Below, in pieces: positions 51,009 to 63,416 of a stretch of 64,000 nucleotides of DNA. The stretch's first letter is position 1. Each line of letters begins with the position of its first letter. The notes beneath the pieces are model-generated. The model was not told the DNA's origin. It was given only the letters and a program-made list of their open reading frames with translations, and did not search any database. Where the stretch lies: assembly GCA_963662945.1 (NCBI GenBank), contig OY759974.1:416001-480000 (forward strand). The letters are read 5' to 3'. Source of the DNA: Arcobacteraceae bacterium. Lineage in GTDB: Bacteria; Campylobacterota; Campylobacteria; Campylobacterales; Arcobacteraceae. The position numbers and the translations under genes were made by a program.

Positions 51009-52556
51009 TTATCTCACACAATCAAAGAAATAATCTGTTTTAGCTATATCTTTTGTTTCTTCATCTAATTGATCAAGAACAGAGTTTGTAATCCATGTTA
51101 ATAGATTTAAAGCACCTTTATAACCACTCATAGAGTATCTATGTAAGTGATGTCTATCAAAAATTGGGAAACCAATTCTGATTAAAGGTATTTTTGTATC
51201 TCTGTATAATTCTTTACCGTAAACATTTCCGATTAAGAAATCTACAGGCTCTGTAAATAATAATGATCTTAAATGCCATAAATCTTTACCAGCCCAGATT
51301 TGACAATCACTTGCCCAATCAGATTTGTCAATGATTGCTTGCATATCTGCTTCCCAACCTTTTCTTGGAGCATTGTGACATAATACGTGAGTTGGAATAC
51401 CACCCATTTCAACGATAAATGAAACAAGACCTAATAAGAAATCTGGATCACCATAGATTGCAAACTTTTTACCATGCATATATGGGTAAGAATCTTGCAT
51501 TGCATCTACTAATTGTGCTCTTTGAACTTTAAGAGCTTCAGGAACTTCTTTTCCTGTTAATTCAGCTAATTTCATTACAAACTCATCTGTACCAGCAAGT
51601 CCTATTGGATTACAAGTTTCGTATCCTTGTTTCCATTTATTTTTAATAGTCTTAGCAGTTTGAACTGTAGAATATTTTTGTAAAGAGATAGTTGCTTTAG
51701 CATTAATAGCTGTTTTAGCATCTTCCATTGAAGTACCACCAGCATATAGTGAATATCCACCAGCTCCAGTATTCCATTGCTCTTCGTGGTCACCTAACAT
51801 TACAATTTTGTCAGAGAACATTTTTGAAATTTCTTTAACTTCAGCTAATGATCCTAAGTATGGTTCAAAACCTGGAATAATGTTAATTCTTTCTTCATCT
51901 TTAACACTTGCTTCTTTACCGATACTTAATTGCTCAAGCATAGATTTCATCATATTATCATAACCTGTAATATGTGATCCAACAAATGATGGTGTATGAG
52001 CATAAGTTATTGGTAAATTATCTAATTCACCCTCAGCTTCATCTTTAGCACCGATAATAAATGCACCTAAGTCATCCCCGATAACTTCTGCCATACAAGT
52101 TGTAGATACAGCTATGTGTTCTGGTTTGTACATTGCATTACAGTTTCTTAAACCATCTTTCATATTTGCTAATCCACCGAAAACCGCTGCAGATTCAGAC
52201 ATAGAGTCAGAAACACATGGTGTTGGTTCTTTAAAGTGTCTTGTAAAGTATGATCTGAAGTATGCAACACATCCATGAGAACCATGTACATAAGGCATAG
52301 TATTTTCAAATCCAAGAGCAGCCATAATAGCACCTAATGGTTGACAAGCTTTAGCAGGGTTAACTGTAATAGCTTCTCTTGCTAGGTTTTTTTCTCTGTA
52401 ATCCCAAGATTTAGTCCACTCAGCAACTTCTTCAACTTTAGCAGGATTAACTGCACCCATTGAACCTTCGAATTGTTTTTTCGCTGCAAGAGAAGTTTGG
52501 TATTCTTCTTTTAAAAACAGCTTTTGTCCGTTTACTATATTATTTACATCTTGCAT
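51009..52556 (-). CDS. nifK: Nitrogenase MoFe protein beta chain
   Basis: NPAKACQPLG, HGSHGCVAY, TTCMAEVIGDD, GFPIFDRHH. Confidence 0.98.
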   Translation of the reverse strand: MQDVNNIVNGQKLFLKEEYQTSLAAKKQFEGSMGAVNPAKVEEVAEWTKSWDYREKNLAREAITVNPAKACQPLGAIMAALGFENTMPYVHGSHGCVAYFRSYFTRHFKEPTPCVSDSMSESAAVFGGLANMKDGLRNCNAMYKPEHIAVSTTCMAEVIGDDLGAFIIGAKDEAEGELDNLPITYAHTPSFVGSHITGYDNMMKSMLEQLSIGKEASVKDEERINIIPGFEPYLGSLAEVKEISKMFSDKIVMLGDHEEQWNTGAGGYSLYAGGTSMEDAKTAINAKATISLQKYSTVQTAKTIKNKWKQGYETCNPIGLAGTDEFVMKLAELTGKEVPEALKVQRAQLVDAMQDSYPYMHGKKFAIYGDPDFLLGLVSFIVEMGGIPTHVLCHNAPRKGWEADMQAIIDKSDWASDCQIWAGKDLWHLRSLLFTEPVDFLIGNVYGKELYRDTKIPLIRIGFPIFDRHHLHRYSMSGYKGALNLLTWITNSVLDQLDEETKDIAKTDYFFDCVR

Positions 52557-52557
52557 A

Positions 52558-54024
52558 TTAAGCTCCTACCTCTTCTTTTTCCCATGGTGCTTTTGTATGA
52601 CTCCAAACTGGTGAGTTCATAGCTAAGTCCATATCTTTTGCGAATACTGCGAATGCATCATAACCATGGTATGGTCCAGAGTAATCCCATGAGTGCATTT
52701 GTCTAAATGGTAATCCCATTTTTTGGAATACATATTTCTCTTTAACTCCAGATGCAACTAAATCTGGTTTTAATTTTTGAACAAATTTTTCTAATTCGTA
52801 TTCATTAACATCATCATAGATTAATGTTGATCTTTCTAAATCTTCTTTTGTTCTTTTGTAATCATCACCGTGAGCAAATTCGTAACCTGTTCCGATAACT
52901 TCCATACCTAAATCTTCGTAAGCTCCAATAACGTGTCTTGGTCTTAATCCACCAACGTATAGCATTACTTTTTTACCTTCTAATTTAGGTCTGTATTTAG
53001 CAATAACTTCATCAGTCATTTTTGTATATTTAGCTATTACAGCTTCTGCTTTTTCTTGAACTTCTGGTCCAAAGAACTCAGCAATTTTTCTTAAAGACTC
53101 AGTAGTTTTACTTGGTCCAAAGAAGTTGTACTCCATCCAAGGTATACCAAACTCTTGTTCCATATGTCTTGAAATGTAGTTCATAGATCTATAACAGTGT
53201 AATAAGTTAAGTTTTGCTTTTGGTGCGATAGCCATCTCTTTATATGTAGCATCTCCTGACCATTGTGCAATAACTCTTAATCCCATCTCTTCTAATAATA
53301 TTCTTGAAGCCCAAGCATCTCCACCGATGTTGTAATCTCCAATGATAGCTACGTCAAAATCTGTAGATTCAAAATTTTGTCTGTGTGAAGCATCTGGCAT
53401 AACTTCATCTCTAATCATATCGTTAGCGATATGGTGACCTAAAGATTGAGAAACCCCTCTAAAACCTTCACATGAAACTGCGATTGTTGGTTTATTAGAT
53501 TCTTTTTTATGTACTTTTGCAACAGCTTGAATATCATCCCCGATAAGACCGATTGGACACTCAGATTGAATTGATATACCATTATTTAATGGGAATAACT
53601 CATCAATTTCTGTTAAAGCTTTTTTAAGTTTTGTATCTCCACCGAATACAATATCTTTTTCAGAAAAATCTGTTGTAAAGTTCATTGTTACGAATGTATC
53701 AACACCTGTTGTACCAATGTAGTAGTTTCTTCTACCAGCTCTTGAATATTGTCCACAACCTACTGGTCCGTGAGAAATATGGATCATATCTTTAATTGGT
53801 CCCCATACAACACCCTTAGAACCTGCGTACGCACAACCTCTTTGAGACATTACACCTGGAACAGTTTGTTTATTACTTCTTGTTTTATCACAAGCACCTT
53901 TTACACCCTCTGGGCTATCAACACCTAAGTGCTTTGCTCTGTTTTTTGCAGCTTTTGCAGGGTAAACAGACAGTACCTCTTCGATAGCTTCTTTTTGTAA
54001 AGCTTCTAATTCTTCGTTTGCCAT
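52558..54024 (-). CDS. nifD: Nitrogenase MoFe protein alpha chain
   Basis: [21 protein letters not shown]; FeMo-co ligands HCYRS and QMHSWDY. Confidence 0.98.
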   Translation of the reverse strand: MANEELEALQKEAIEEVLSVYPAKAAKNRAKHLGVDSPEGVKGACDKTRSNKQTVPGVMSQRGCAYAGSKGVVWGPIKDMIHISHGPVGCGQYSRAGRRNYYIGTTGVDTFVTMNFTTDFSEKDIVFGGDTKLKKALTEIDELFPLNNGISIQSECPIGLIGDDIQAVAKVHKKESNKPTIAVSCEGFRGVSQSLGHHIANDMIRDEVMPDASHRQNFESTDFDVAIIGDYNIGGDAWASRILLEEMGLRVIAQWSGDATYKEMAIAPKAKLNLLHCYRSMNYISRHMEQEFGIPWMEYNFFGPSKTTESLRKIAEFFGPEVQEKAEAVIAKYTKMTDEVIAKYRPKLEGKKVMLYVGGLRPRHVIGAYEDLGMEVIGTGYEFAHGDDYKRTKEDLERSTLIYDDVNEYELEKFVQKLKPDLVASGVKEKYVFQKMGLPFRQMHSWDYSGPYHGYDAFAVFAKDMDLAMNSPVWSHTKAPWEKEEVGA

Positions 54025-54051
54025 AACTTTCCTTTCTTATTTTGAAAGAGG

Positions 54052-54090
54052 AATTAAGAGAACTAAACTCTTAACTCTTAACTCTTAATT
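54052..54090. repeat. ACTCTTA x3 tandem repeat with an inverted copy, upstream of nifD
   Basis: AATTAAGAG (54052-54060) and (ACTCTTA)3 (54067-54087). Confidence 0.75.
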
Positions 54091-54101
54091 TTTTAACTTA
54101 A

Positions 54102-54461
54102 TTACGCTACTTTAACTCTGTAAAGATTCATATCATCTAATTTTTTACATAAATCTTTTGTAGCTTCTCCATCAACTGATTTAGAGATTTCTGAAATTTG
54201 GTATTTATTTGTGTAATAAATCATTTTGAAATCATCTTTTGCAGCAACTTCAGAATTTGTGTAGTAATCTACAAACGCTGTGTGAGCAAATGTTCCTGCT
54301 GGAACTTCTATAGTTTCTAATTGAACACCTTCTCTTGTTTCACTTGTTAATGTAACAGTTTTACCTGCTGCATCAGTACCTTCTTCTACTTTAGCTATAA
54401 CTTTATCAAAAGCTACATCGTTCCCTTCACTTGCTGGAAAATGATAACCACATACAAACAT
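54102..54461 (-). CDS. Uncharacterised protein encoded between nifH and nifD
   Basis: 119-aa ORF, strong RBS AGGAG, codon usage resembling nifHDK. Confidence 0.85.
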   Translation of the reverse strand: MFVCGYHFPASEGNDVAFDKVIAKVEEGTDAAGKTVTLTSETREGVQLETIEVPAGTFAHTAFVDYYTNSEVAAKDDFKMIYYTNKYQISEISKSVDGEATKDLCKKLDDMNLYRVKVA

Positions 54462-54517
54462 AATTTTCTCCTGTTGTTTAATTTTTATTTTGTTTATTTT
54501 AATTTTTTTATTTTATA

Positions 54518-54537
54518 CTTGAGGAGTTAACCTCAAG
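54518..54537. other. Stem-loop downstream of nifH
   Basis: CTTGAGG-N6-CCTCAAG with no T-run on the minus strand. Confidence 0.6.
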
Positions 54538-54564
54538 ATTTGAAACCTGAAATCTTAATAAATA

Positions 54565-55572
<1,008 letters not shown>

Positions 55573-55736
55573 TTATCTAGTTGCCTTATTTAAGGGCCTT
55601 ATAAGTATTTAAGATAAAAATTATCTTATTTGTTAATTTAAAATTGTTGTTATTTTGTAAGAACATTTTTGGAATTTTTCCATTTACAAAAATGTTTTTG
55701 TAAAATTTATAACTATTTACAAAAAGTAGTTATTAA

Positions 55737-55752
55737 TGTAGAATAGGCAACA
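55737..55752. promoter_or_regulatory. Candidate NifA upstream activator sequence
   Basis: TGT-N10-ACA about 200 bp upstream of the nifH -24 element. Confidence 0.5.
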
Positions 55753-55776
55753 TTAAATAACTTCTAAAGGGAAATA

Positions 55777-57189
55777 ATGAAAACTCAACTCAAAATGTCT
55801 AACTTACTTAGTATGAAAGTTAGAATATATCTCTATATTTTTTCTTTATCAACTTTACTCTTTTCTCAGAACTATTGTATTAACGTATGTCCTTTTATTG
55901 ATAGTATTACTAATAGTGAACTTGTGTTTAATCTTTTTATAATATTTTTGATACATATTATTGTAAGAGAAATTTTGTATAAAGTATTTAATACCCCATT
56001 TAAAAATTTAACTTTACCTAGACATGCTTATTATTTATCTATTATCTCATGGATGATTGCTGGTATAGCTGCTTTTATATTACATTTTTTTAAATATCCT
56101 ACATTTCCAATAGGAAGTCATATCAAACTTCTTAGCAGTTATTGGATACTTGGTGCTGCAATTTTATCACAGCTTGAATATATATTATTCGAAAAAAGAT
56201 TTAAAGAGATTGCTACGAATGTTGATATTTCTAAATATAATGAAAATATTTCGAAAAGAATAGTTGAGAGCTTTATTATTCTTACTGTTGCCCCAGCAAT
56301 AACTATTTTTTTAATACTAGCTCGATACTATCACGATAATGTTTTTAATAACTCTCATATTATTCAAGAGATAGGTTATGTTATAGCACTATTTGTCATA
56401 ACTGCTATTGCATCATCCCTCCTATTTTCAAAAATGTTAAAAAAAGATACAAAAATGATATTAAAAAATATTAAGAGTATTCAAAATGGTAATTATCAAA
56501 TCAATATTGATATTACAAGAGCTGATGAACTTGGAGAGATATCAAATGCAATAGAACATATGGCTACAAAAATTGATTCTTTAAATCAAGAGATTGTTAG
56601 CACCCAAATGGAAGTTGTAAATAAAATGGGTGAGATAGCTGAAACAAGAAGTAAAGAGACAGGAAATCATGTTAAAAGGGTTGCTCTTTATACAGAAGTT
56701 TTAGCTTTGAAATATGGTATGAGTGAAAAGGAAGCTGAAATTCTAAAACAAGCAAGTCCTATGCACGATATTGGCAAAGTTGGAATTCCTGATAATATTT
56801 TAAATAAAACAGGTCGTCATACTATTGAAGAGTTTGAGATTATGAAAACACATGCACAAATTGGTTATGATATATTAAAGAGTTCTGATCGTCCTATATT
56901 AAAAGCTGCTGCAATAGTTGCTTATGAACATCATGAAAAATGGGATGGAACTGGTTATCCAAGAGGACTAAAAGAGGAAAATATTCATATTTATGGTCGT
57001 ATAACGGCTGTTGCAGATGTATATGATGCACTTGGTAGTGATAGATGTTATAAAAAAGCGTGGGATGAGGGAAAAATTTTAGAATTGTTTCAAGAACAAA
57101 AAGGGAAACATTTTGACCCTACTATTATTGAAATATTTTTTGAAAATATAGATACCTTTAGAAAAATACGAGATAGTTTAAAAGATTAA
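55777..57189 (+). CDS. Membrane HAMP/HD-GYP phosphodiesterase
   Basis: Several TM helices, HAMP (RADELGEI), ETGNHV, MHDIGK, HHEKWDGTGYP. Confidence 0.9.
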   Translation: MKTQLKMSNLLSMKVRIYLYIFSLSTLLFSQNYCINVCPFIDSITNSELVFNLFIIFLIHIIVREILYKVFNTPFKNLTLPRHAYYLSIISWMIAGIAAFILHFFKYPTFPIGSHIKLLSSYWILGAAILSQLEYILFEKRFKEIATNVDISKYNENISKRIVESFIILTVAPAITIFLILARYYHDNVFNNSHIIQEIGYVIALFVITAIASSLLFSKMLKKDTKMILKNIKSIQNGNYQINIDITRADELGEISNAIEHMATKIDSLNQEIVSTQMEVVNKMGEIAETRSKETGNHVKRVALYTEVLALKYGMSEKEAEILKQASPMHDIGKVGIPDNILNKTGRHTIEEFEIMKTHAQIGYDILKSSDRPILKAAAIVAYEHHEKWDGTGYPRGLKEENIHIYGRITAVADVYDALGSDRCYKKAWDEGKILELFQEQKGKHFDPTIIEIFFENIDTFRKIRDSLKD

Positions 57190-57197
57190 AACTAAAT

Positions 57198-57232
57198 AAA
57201 AAAACTCCCCAAGGATAACCTTGAGGAGTTTT
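57198..57232. terminator. Bidirectional terminator between the HD-GYP and PII genes
   Basis: AAAACTCCcCAAGG-N4-CCTTGaGGAGTTTT. Confidence 0.75.
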
Positions 57233-57282
57233 AGAGTTGAGTAAAACTTTAGTTTTAATTCATAGAGTATTAGTATAAAATA

Positions 57283-57633
<351 letters not shown>

Positions 57634-57636
57634 CTA

Positions 57637-58851
57637 TTATGCTTTTTTGAATTCTGGGTAACATTCAAGACCTGTCTCATGAATATCTAAACCATTGATT
57701 TCTGTCTCTTCATCTACTCTTAATCCAACGATCATATCTAGTATTTTCCAGATTATGAATGAAACGATAAATACGAATGCTCCAATTACTACTACACCTT
57801 TAAGTTGTGCCATAAATGTTGCACTTTCTGTAAATAATCCTACTGCTAATGTTCCCCAGATACCTGCTACTAAGTGAACTGATAATGCACCAACTGGATC
57901 ATCTATTCTTAGTTTATCAAAGAAAGGAACTGCTACTACTACTATTAAAGCACCTACTGCACCTACACCGAATGCGTACATCATACCTGCATCTGGAGCT
58001 GCTGTTACAGAAACTAGACCTGCTAATGCACCATTTAATACCATTGTTAAATCAACTTTTTTATAAAGTATTTGAGTTAAGATTGCTGCTACTATTGAAC
58101 CTGTTGCTGCTGCCATATTTGTATTTGCAACTACCATAGCAATACCAGTAATATCATCTTTAGAACCTAATGCTAATTGAGAACCACCATTAAATCCGAA
58201 CCATCCCATCCATAGAATGAATGTACCTAAAGTTGCCAGAGTAAGGTTTGAACCTGGAATTGGTTTTACTTTACCATCTGCTGTATATTTACCTTTTCTT
58301 GCACCAATGATTAGAACACCTGCTAAAGCTGCCCAACCACCAACACTGTGAACGATTGTAGAACCAGCGAAGTCAGAGAATCCTGCTAATATACCACCAA
58401 GTTCTGATCCACCCCATGTCCAGTGACCTTGTAGAGGATAAATTACACCACTTAAAAGAACAACGAAGATTAGGAATGGCCATAATTTCATTCTTTCTGC
58501 TACTGATCCACTAATTACTGAAGCAGCTGTTGCTACGAACATTACTTGGAAGAAGAAATCTGATGCTTTTGGGTATGTTGCATCTGCTGCATTTGCCATA
58601 TCTACTACTGATAAGCTTCCCATAAATGCTCCACCTTCTCCATACATTAGGTCATAACCTATGAAGTAGTACATTATACAACTAATTGAGAACAATGCTA
58701 AATTCTTTGTTAAGATTGTTGCATTATTTTTTGATCTTGTAAGACCTGCCTCTAACATCGCGAATCCTGCTGCCATCCACATAACTAGTATACCTGAAAT
58801 AACGAACAAGAATCCATCTAAGATAAACTTGACATCATTGAAATTTTCCAT
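57637..58851 (-). CDS. amtB: Ammonium transporter
   Basis: GFAMLEAG, DFAGSTIVH, GWFGFNGGS, IDDPVGALSVH. Confidence 0.96.
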   Translation of the reverse strand: MENFNDVKFILDGFLFVISGILVMWMAAGFAMLEAGLTRSKNNATILTKNLALFSISCIMYYFIGYDLMYGEGGAFMGSLSVVDMANAADATYPKASDFFFQVMFVATAASVISGSVAERMKLWPFLIFVVLLSGVIYPLQGHWTWGGSELGGILAGFSDFAGSTIVHSVGGWAALAGVLIIGARKGKYTADGKVKPIPGSNLTLATLGTFILWMGWFGFNGGSQLALGSKDDITGIAMVVANTNMAAATGSIVAAILTQILYKKVDLTMVLNGALAGLVSVTAAPDAGMMYAFGVGAVGALIVVVAVPFFDKLRIDDPVGALSVHLVAGIWGTLAVGLFTESATFMAQLKGVVVIGAFVFIVSFIIWKILDMIVGLRVDEETEINGLDIHETGLECYPEFKKA

Positions 58852-58936
58852 CTTGGAACTCCTTTTATTTTAATACCATTTTTGATATTTGTAAATAAAT
58901 TATTACATATTTTTTTTATTATTTTTTCATATATTG

Positions 58937-58953
58937 TGTATATATTTTATACA
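58937..58953. promoter_or_regulatory. TGTATA-N5-TATACA palindrome upstream of amtB
   Basis: TGTATA-TATTT-TATACA; same motif upstream of glnA. Confidence 0.6.
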
Positions 58954-58974
58954 TTACGCATAAATTTTTATTAT

Positions 58975-59007
58975 AAAAAAAGGGTGATAGGAAAACCTAT
59001 CACCCTT
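58975..59007 (-). terminator. Intrinsic terminator after glnA
   Basis: AAGGGTGATAGG-N4-CCTATCACCCTT with a T-run on the minus strand. Confidence 0.85.
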
Positions 59008-59033
59008 CCAAATAGTTTTTAACTATTTAATTA

Positions 59034-60461
59034 TTAACAAGAATAAGTACTAATAAACTCAAACGCAGTTGGTCTAGCTTCATCTGGCCAAACTTGTGTT
59101 TCAAATTTATATCCTTGGTAAGTATCTATAAATTCTTTTGTAAATACAGGTTGTAAGAATTCATTATCTCTAATTAAAGCTTCTAAAGAACCTCTTAATG
59201 TATGTGGCATTTGAGGAATACCTTTCTCTCTAATCTCATCTAAACTTAATTCAAATAAATCTTCATCCATTGGTCCTACTGGTACATCTTTATTTTTAAT
59301 ACCATCAAGTCCAGCCATCATCATAGCTGCAAATGCTAAATATGGACAAGCTGTTGAATCTGGGAATCTCATCTCAATTCTTGTTGCTTTTTCACCAGCT
59401 CCATAAGGGATTCTACAAGATGCAGATCTATTTTGTGAAGAGTATGTAAGAATTGAAGGTGCTTCAAATCCTGGGATTAATCTTTTGTATGAGTTTGTTG
59501 ATGGATTTGTAAATGCAGCAACTGCTCTTGCGTGTTTAAAAATTCCACCTACATAGTTTAATGCCATCTCTGAAAGATTTCCGTATCCACCTTCTTTGTA
59601 GAATAAGTTTTTACCATCTTTCCATAATGATTGGTGTACGTGCATACCATTTCCATTATCACCATAAAGTGGTTTTGGCATAAATGTACAAGTTTTACCA
59701 TTTAAGTGTGCAACCATTTTACATACATATTTGTATTTTTGTACATTATCTGCAGCTCCAATGATATCTGAGAATACTACTCCAATTTCACCTTGTGCTT
59801 GTGCAACTTCGTGGTGTCCAAGAACAACTTCTAAACCAACCTCTTCAAGAACTTGCATCATCTCTGCTCTTAAATCTACCATAGAATCTGTTGGTTGTAC
59901 TGGGAAGTATCCACCTTTTGTTCTTGGTCTATGTCCCATATTTCCACCATCGATTTCATATGAATCAGCCCATAAACCTTCAGAAGAGTCAACTTTGTAT
60001 CCAGCTTCGTTAATATTATCAATAAACTGAACATCATCAAAAATAAAGAATTCATTTTCTGGACCAAAATATGCTGCATCAGCTATACCTAAATCTTCTG
60101 CATATTTTAATGCTTTTTTAGCAATACTTCTTGGACATTTTTCATACATTTGTCCTTTATAAATATCATATACATCACAGAATAAGATAACTGTACTATC
60201 TGCTGTAAATGGATCTAAAAATGCTGTAGCAACATCTGGTTTTAATAACATATCTGATTTATTAATTGGTTGCCATGCATCTACAGAACTTCCATCAAAT
60301 GGCATACCATTTGTTAAGTTATCTTTATTTACTGCGCTATACATATAAGTTAAATGATGCCAAGCACCTTTAATATCTGTAAATCTTAAATCTACAAATT
60401 TAACCTCATTCTCATCACAAAACTTAAAAAACTCTTCTACATTGTTTACAAATTTTCCCAT
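59034..60461 (-). CDS. glnA: Glutamine synthetase type I
   Basis: [41 protein letters not shown]. Confidence 0.98.
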   Translation of the reverse strand: MGKFVNNVEEFFKFCDENEVKFVDLRFTDIKGAWHHLTYMYSAVNKDNLTNGMPFDGSSVDAWQPINKSDMLLKPDVATAFLDPFTADSTVILFCDVYDIYKGQMYEKCPRSIAKKALKYAEDLGIADAAYFGPENEFFIFDDVQFIDNINEAGYKVDSSEGLWADSYEIDGGNMGHRPRTKGGYFPVQPTDSMVDLRAEMMQVLEEVGLEVVLGHHEVAQAQGEIGVVFSDIIGAADNVQKYKYVCKMVAHLNGKTCTFMPKPLYGDNGNGMHVHQSLWKDGKNLFYKEGGYGNLSEMALNYVGGIFKHARAVAAFTNPSTNSYKRLIPGFEAPSILTYSSQNRSASCRIPYGAGEKATRIEMRFPDSTACPYLAFAAMMMAGLDGIKNKDVPVGPMDEDLFELSLDEIREKGIPQMPHTLRGSLEALIRDNEFLQPVFTKEFIDTYQGYKFETQVWPDEARPTAFEFISTYSC

Positions 60462-60538
60462 TTGTTCTCTCCCTTTTTTTCTTGTTAATTTAACGCGATT
60501 ATGATGACATAAAATACAATAAAATAAAAGTGTTTTAT

Positions 60539-60555
60539 TGTATATATATTATACA
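60539..60555. promoter_or_regulatory. TGTATA-N5-TATACA palindrome upstream of glnA
   Basis: TGTATA-TATAT-TATACA. Confidence 0.6.
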
Positions 60556-60564
60556 ATATCACTT

Positions 60565-61149
60565 TTATTTATTTTTTTCTATAACTTTATCTATTAAACC
60601 ATATTGAAGTGCTTCTTCTGCACTCATAAAATTATCTCTTTCAGTATCTTTTTCTACTGTTTTAATATCTTGTCCTGTTTGTTCTGATAATAAATGATTT
60701 AACAACTCTTTTATTCTTAATATCTCTTTTGCTTGAATAGCTATATCTGTAGCTTGACCTTGCGCTCCACCTAATGGTTGGTGTATCATAATTCTACTAT
60801 GTGGTAAAGAATATCTTTTCCCTTTTGTTCCTGAACTTAATAAAAAAGCACCCATTGAAGCTGCTTGTCCTATACAAATAGTACAAATATCTGGTTTGAT
60901 ATAATTCATAGTATCAAAGATTGACATACCACTTGTAATAACTCCACCAGGAGAGTTAATGTAAAGGTAAATATCTTTTTCTGGATCTTCTGCTTCTAAA
61001 AATAGTAACTGTGCAACTATTGTTGATGCTACAGCATCATTTACTTCACCACTTAACATAATAATTCTATCTTTTAAAAGACGAGAGTAAATATCGTAAC
61101 TTCTCTCCCCTCTTCCACTTTGCTCAACCACATAAGGTATATAACTCAT
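60565..61149 (-). CDS. clpP: Clp protease proteolytic subunit
   Basis: [24 protein letters not shown]; start at ATG 61149 (RBS AAGGA). Confidence 0.96.
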   Translation of the reverse strand: MSYIPYVVEQSGRGERSYDIYSRLLKDRIIMLSGEVNDAVASTIVAQLLFLEAEDPEKDIYLYINSPGGVITSGMSIFDTMNYIKPDICTICIGQAASMGAFLLSSGTKGKRYSLPHSRIMIHQPLGGAQGQATDIAIQAKEILRIKELLNHLLSEQTGQDIKTVEKDTERDNFMSAEEALQYGLIDKVIEKNK

Positions 61150-61182
61150 ATTAATCCTTTTTGACAATTTGATCTAATTTCT

Positions 61183-62163
61183 TTAAACCGGTAAAACCCT
61201 AATATTTTCATCCACTTTTTGTTTCAATGTAGACTCAATAGCATACAATGTTCCTGTACTTCCTGTTGAACAAGATGAACATGCTCCTAGATATCTTATA
61301 TAGATATCATAGTATGGTGTATTTTCTTTAATATCAATAATTTCCATATCTCCACCATCCATTACTAACATTGGTCTAATATATTCTTCTATAATTGCAT
61401 CTACTGCTTTGATTCTTTGAACTATTGTCATTTTATCAAATGAGTTTTCACCACTTTGTGTTGTATCTGCTGCTGCACTTAATTTCTCTTGTTCCATTGA
61501 TGCTTTTACTTCTGCTAAGATATCTACTAGATATACATCTTTTGCTTCATGTCCACCTGGGCGGATACATGATTTACAGTAACTTCCTGCTGTTGTTTTC
61601 TCAATAATCTCTTCTACTGTTTGAAGGTTATTTTCTCTTATTGCATCTACGATATCTTTTCTTGTTTTTCTTGCACATTCACAAACGATATCTTGGTTTT
61701 CTATTTCACTTCGCTCAACTCCTTTGTATTGTGCTGCTGCTTCAAGGATTACATCGTATGCCATTACTGAACAATGCATCTTTTGAGGTGGAACTGCTGG
61801 AGTATTTGGTTCATCTCTTAAAAATGCTTCCACTTCTGTATTTGTAATATGGATTGCATCATCTACTTTTCTACCGATACATAGTTCTGCCATAGCATCA
61901 CTTGAAGCAATAGCTGTACCACAACCGAAGCTTCTAAATTTTGAATCAAGGATTGTATCTGTTTTTTCATCTACCAACCAGTAAAGTCTTACTGCATCAC
62001 CACAAGACTCTGCACCAAAGTCTGCAACAATTAATCTTGCACCTACTTTATCTGCATCTTCTTGAGTAAATTCACCAAGTGCTCTTGGGTTATTCATTCT
62101 ATCTTGTACTTTTCTACTATATTGTTCCCAAACGTTTCCTGTAACTAATTCATCTCTTGCCAT
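61183..62163 (-). CDS. nifU: Fe-S cluster scaffold NifU
   Basis: IscU domain (SCGD, FGCG, KMHC), [2Fe-2S] domain (CEC...CKSC), Nfu domain (GACSSC). Confidence 0.95.
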   Translation of the reverse strand: MARDELVTGNVWEQYSRKVQDRMNNPRALGEFTQEDADKVGARLIVADFGAESCGDAVRLYWLVDEKTDTILDSKFRSFGCGTAIASSDAMAELCIGRKVDDAIHITNTEVEAFLRDEPNTPAVPPQKMHCSVMAYDVILEAAAQYKGVERSEIENQDIVCECARKTRKDIVDAIRENNLQTVEEIIEKTTAGSYCKSCIRPGGHEAKDVYLVDILAEVKASMEQEKLSAAADTTQSGENSFDKMTIVQRIKAVDAIIEEYIRPMLVMDGGDMEIIDIKENTPYYDIYIRYLGACSSCSTGSTGTLYAIESTLKQKVDENIRVLPV

Positions 62164-62197
62164 AATATTTTTCCTTTATAATTTATTCTCTATTGTA

Positions 62198-63391
62198 TTA
62201 ATCGTGTAAGTGTACACTAAAAGCTTGTTGTTTTGCATACGTCATAGATATATTTCTAAGACGAACTACAGTTGACTTCACTTTCTCAATAACATAATCT
62301 ATCTCTTCTTCTGTTGTAAATTTACTCAATGCAAACATTACTGTTGCATTTGCTATCTCTGTTTTTTCACCTAATGCTTCAACTACTGCACTTGATTCTA
62401 AATCTTCACTTGAACAGCTTGAACCTGTTGAGATATAGATACCATGTTGATTCATATCCCAAAGCATCGCTTCCCCTTCAACACCTCTAAAAGAGATTGC
62501 TACAAGGTTTTTGAGTCTTTTTACTCTTGGTACATAAGATTTTGTATCTGGTATTTTTAGAAGTTCATCTTCTAGTTTATTTCTCAATTTTTGTGTTGTA
62601 TGATCCATAAAAGAGAGGTTTATATTTGCTAGTTCTACAGCTTTTGCCATTGCTGCAACACCGTTATTATAAAGAGACCCACCTCTTTTTCCACCCATTA
62701 CATTTTTTGCACCATGGATAAGTGTTGTATATGGCGCTCCTGCTTTTATATACATTAAACCTACACCTTTTGGTCCATGGAATTTATGTGCTGAACAGGT
62801 AAAGTAATCTACACCTAAGTCTCTTACATCTACTTTCATTTTCCCCATTGCTTGGGCACCATCACTATGGAAGTATACGTTATGTTTTTTTGCAATTTCA
62901 CTTATTTTTTTAATATCTTGCACTGCACCTGTTTCATTTGAAGCCATAAGAACAGAGATTAAACATGTTTGAGGAGTAATTGCTTTTTCTAGTTCATCTA
63001 ATTTAACAAGACCATTTACATCTGTTCCTACGTAAGTAACTGCCATACCCATATCTTTACAGAATTTCAGTGGAGATTTTATACTTGAGTGTTCTGCCAC
63101 TGTTGAAATGATATGATTTCTACTATCACCTTTTAGGAAGTTATGCAAAAATGTTTTTATTACTGCGTTATTCCCTTCTGTTGTTGAAGAGGTGATGATA
63201 ATATCATCTGCATCATCTGCACCTATTCCTTCATACAATGTATCATAGGCATCATTTAACAATTTTCTTGCTTCTATACCTTTATTATAGATTACATTTA
63301 TATTTCCGAACTTCTCTATACTCTCACAGTAAACCTTCTGTACTTTTGGGTCTATTGGGGTTGTTGAGTTATTATCTAAGTATACTTCCAT
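62198..63391 (-). CDS. nifS: Cysteine desulfurase
   Basis: YLDNNSTT, SAHKFHGPKG, STGSSCSS; upstream of nifU. Confidence 0.9.
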   Translation of the reverse strand: MEVYLDNNSTTPIDPKVQKVYCESIEKFGNINVIYNKGIEARKLLNDAYDTLYEGIGADDADDIIITSSTTEGNNAVIKTFLHNFLKGDSRNHIISTVAEHSSIKSPLKFCKDMGMAVTYVGTDVNGLVKLDELEKAITPQTCLISVLMASNETGAVQDIKKISEIAKKHNVYFHSDGAQAMGKMKVDVRDLGVDYFTCSAHKFHGPKGVGLMYIKAGAPYTTLIHGAKNVMGGKRGGSLYNNGVAAMAKAVELANINLSFMDHTTQKLRNKLEDELLKIPDTKSYVPRVKRLKNLVAISFRGVEGEAMLWDMNQHGIYISTGSSCSSEDLESSAVVEALGEKTEIANATVMFALSKFTTEEEIDYVIEKVKSTVVRLRNISMTYAKQQAFSVHLHD

Positions 63392-63416
63392 TATATTATT
63401 TTCCTTTTTTATTATA

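Noticed and set aside
54102-54461. AnfG/VnfG delta subunit or NifI
   Set aside because: Delta-subunit genes lie between D and K; there are no PII motifs; NifD and the mod/nifQ context indicate a Mo-nitrogenase
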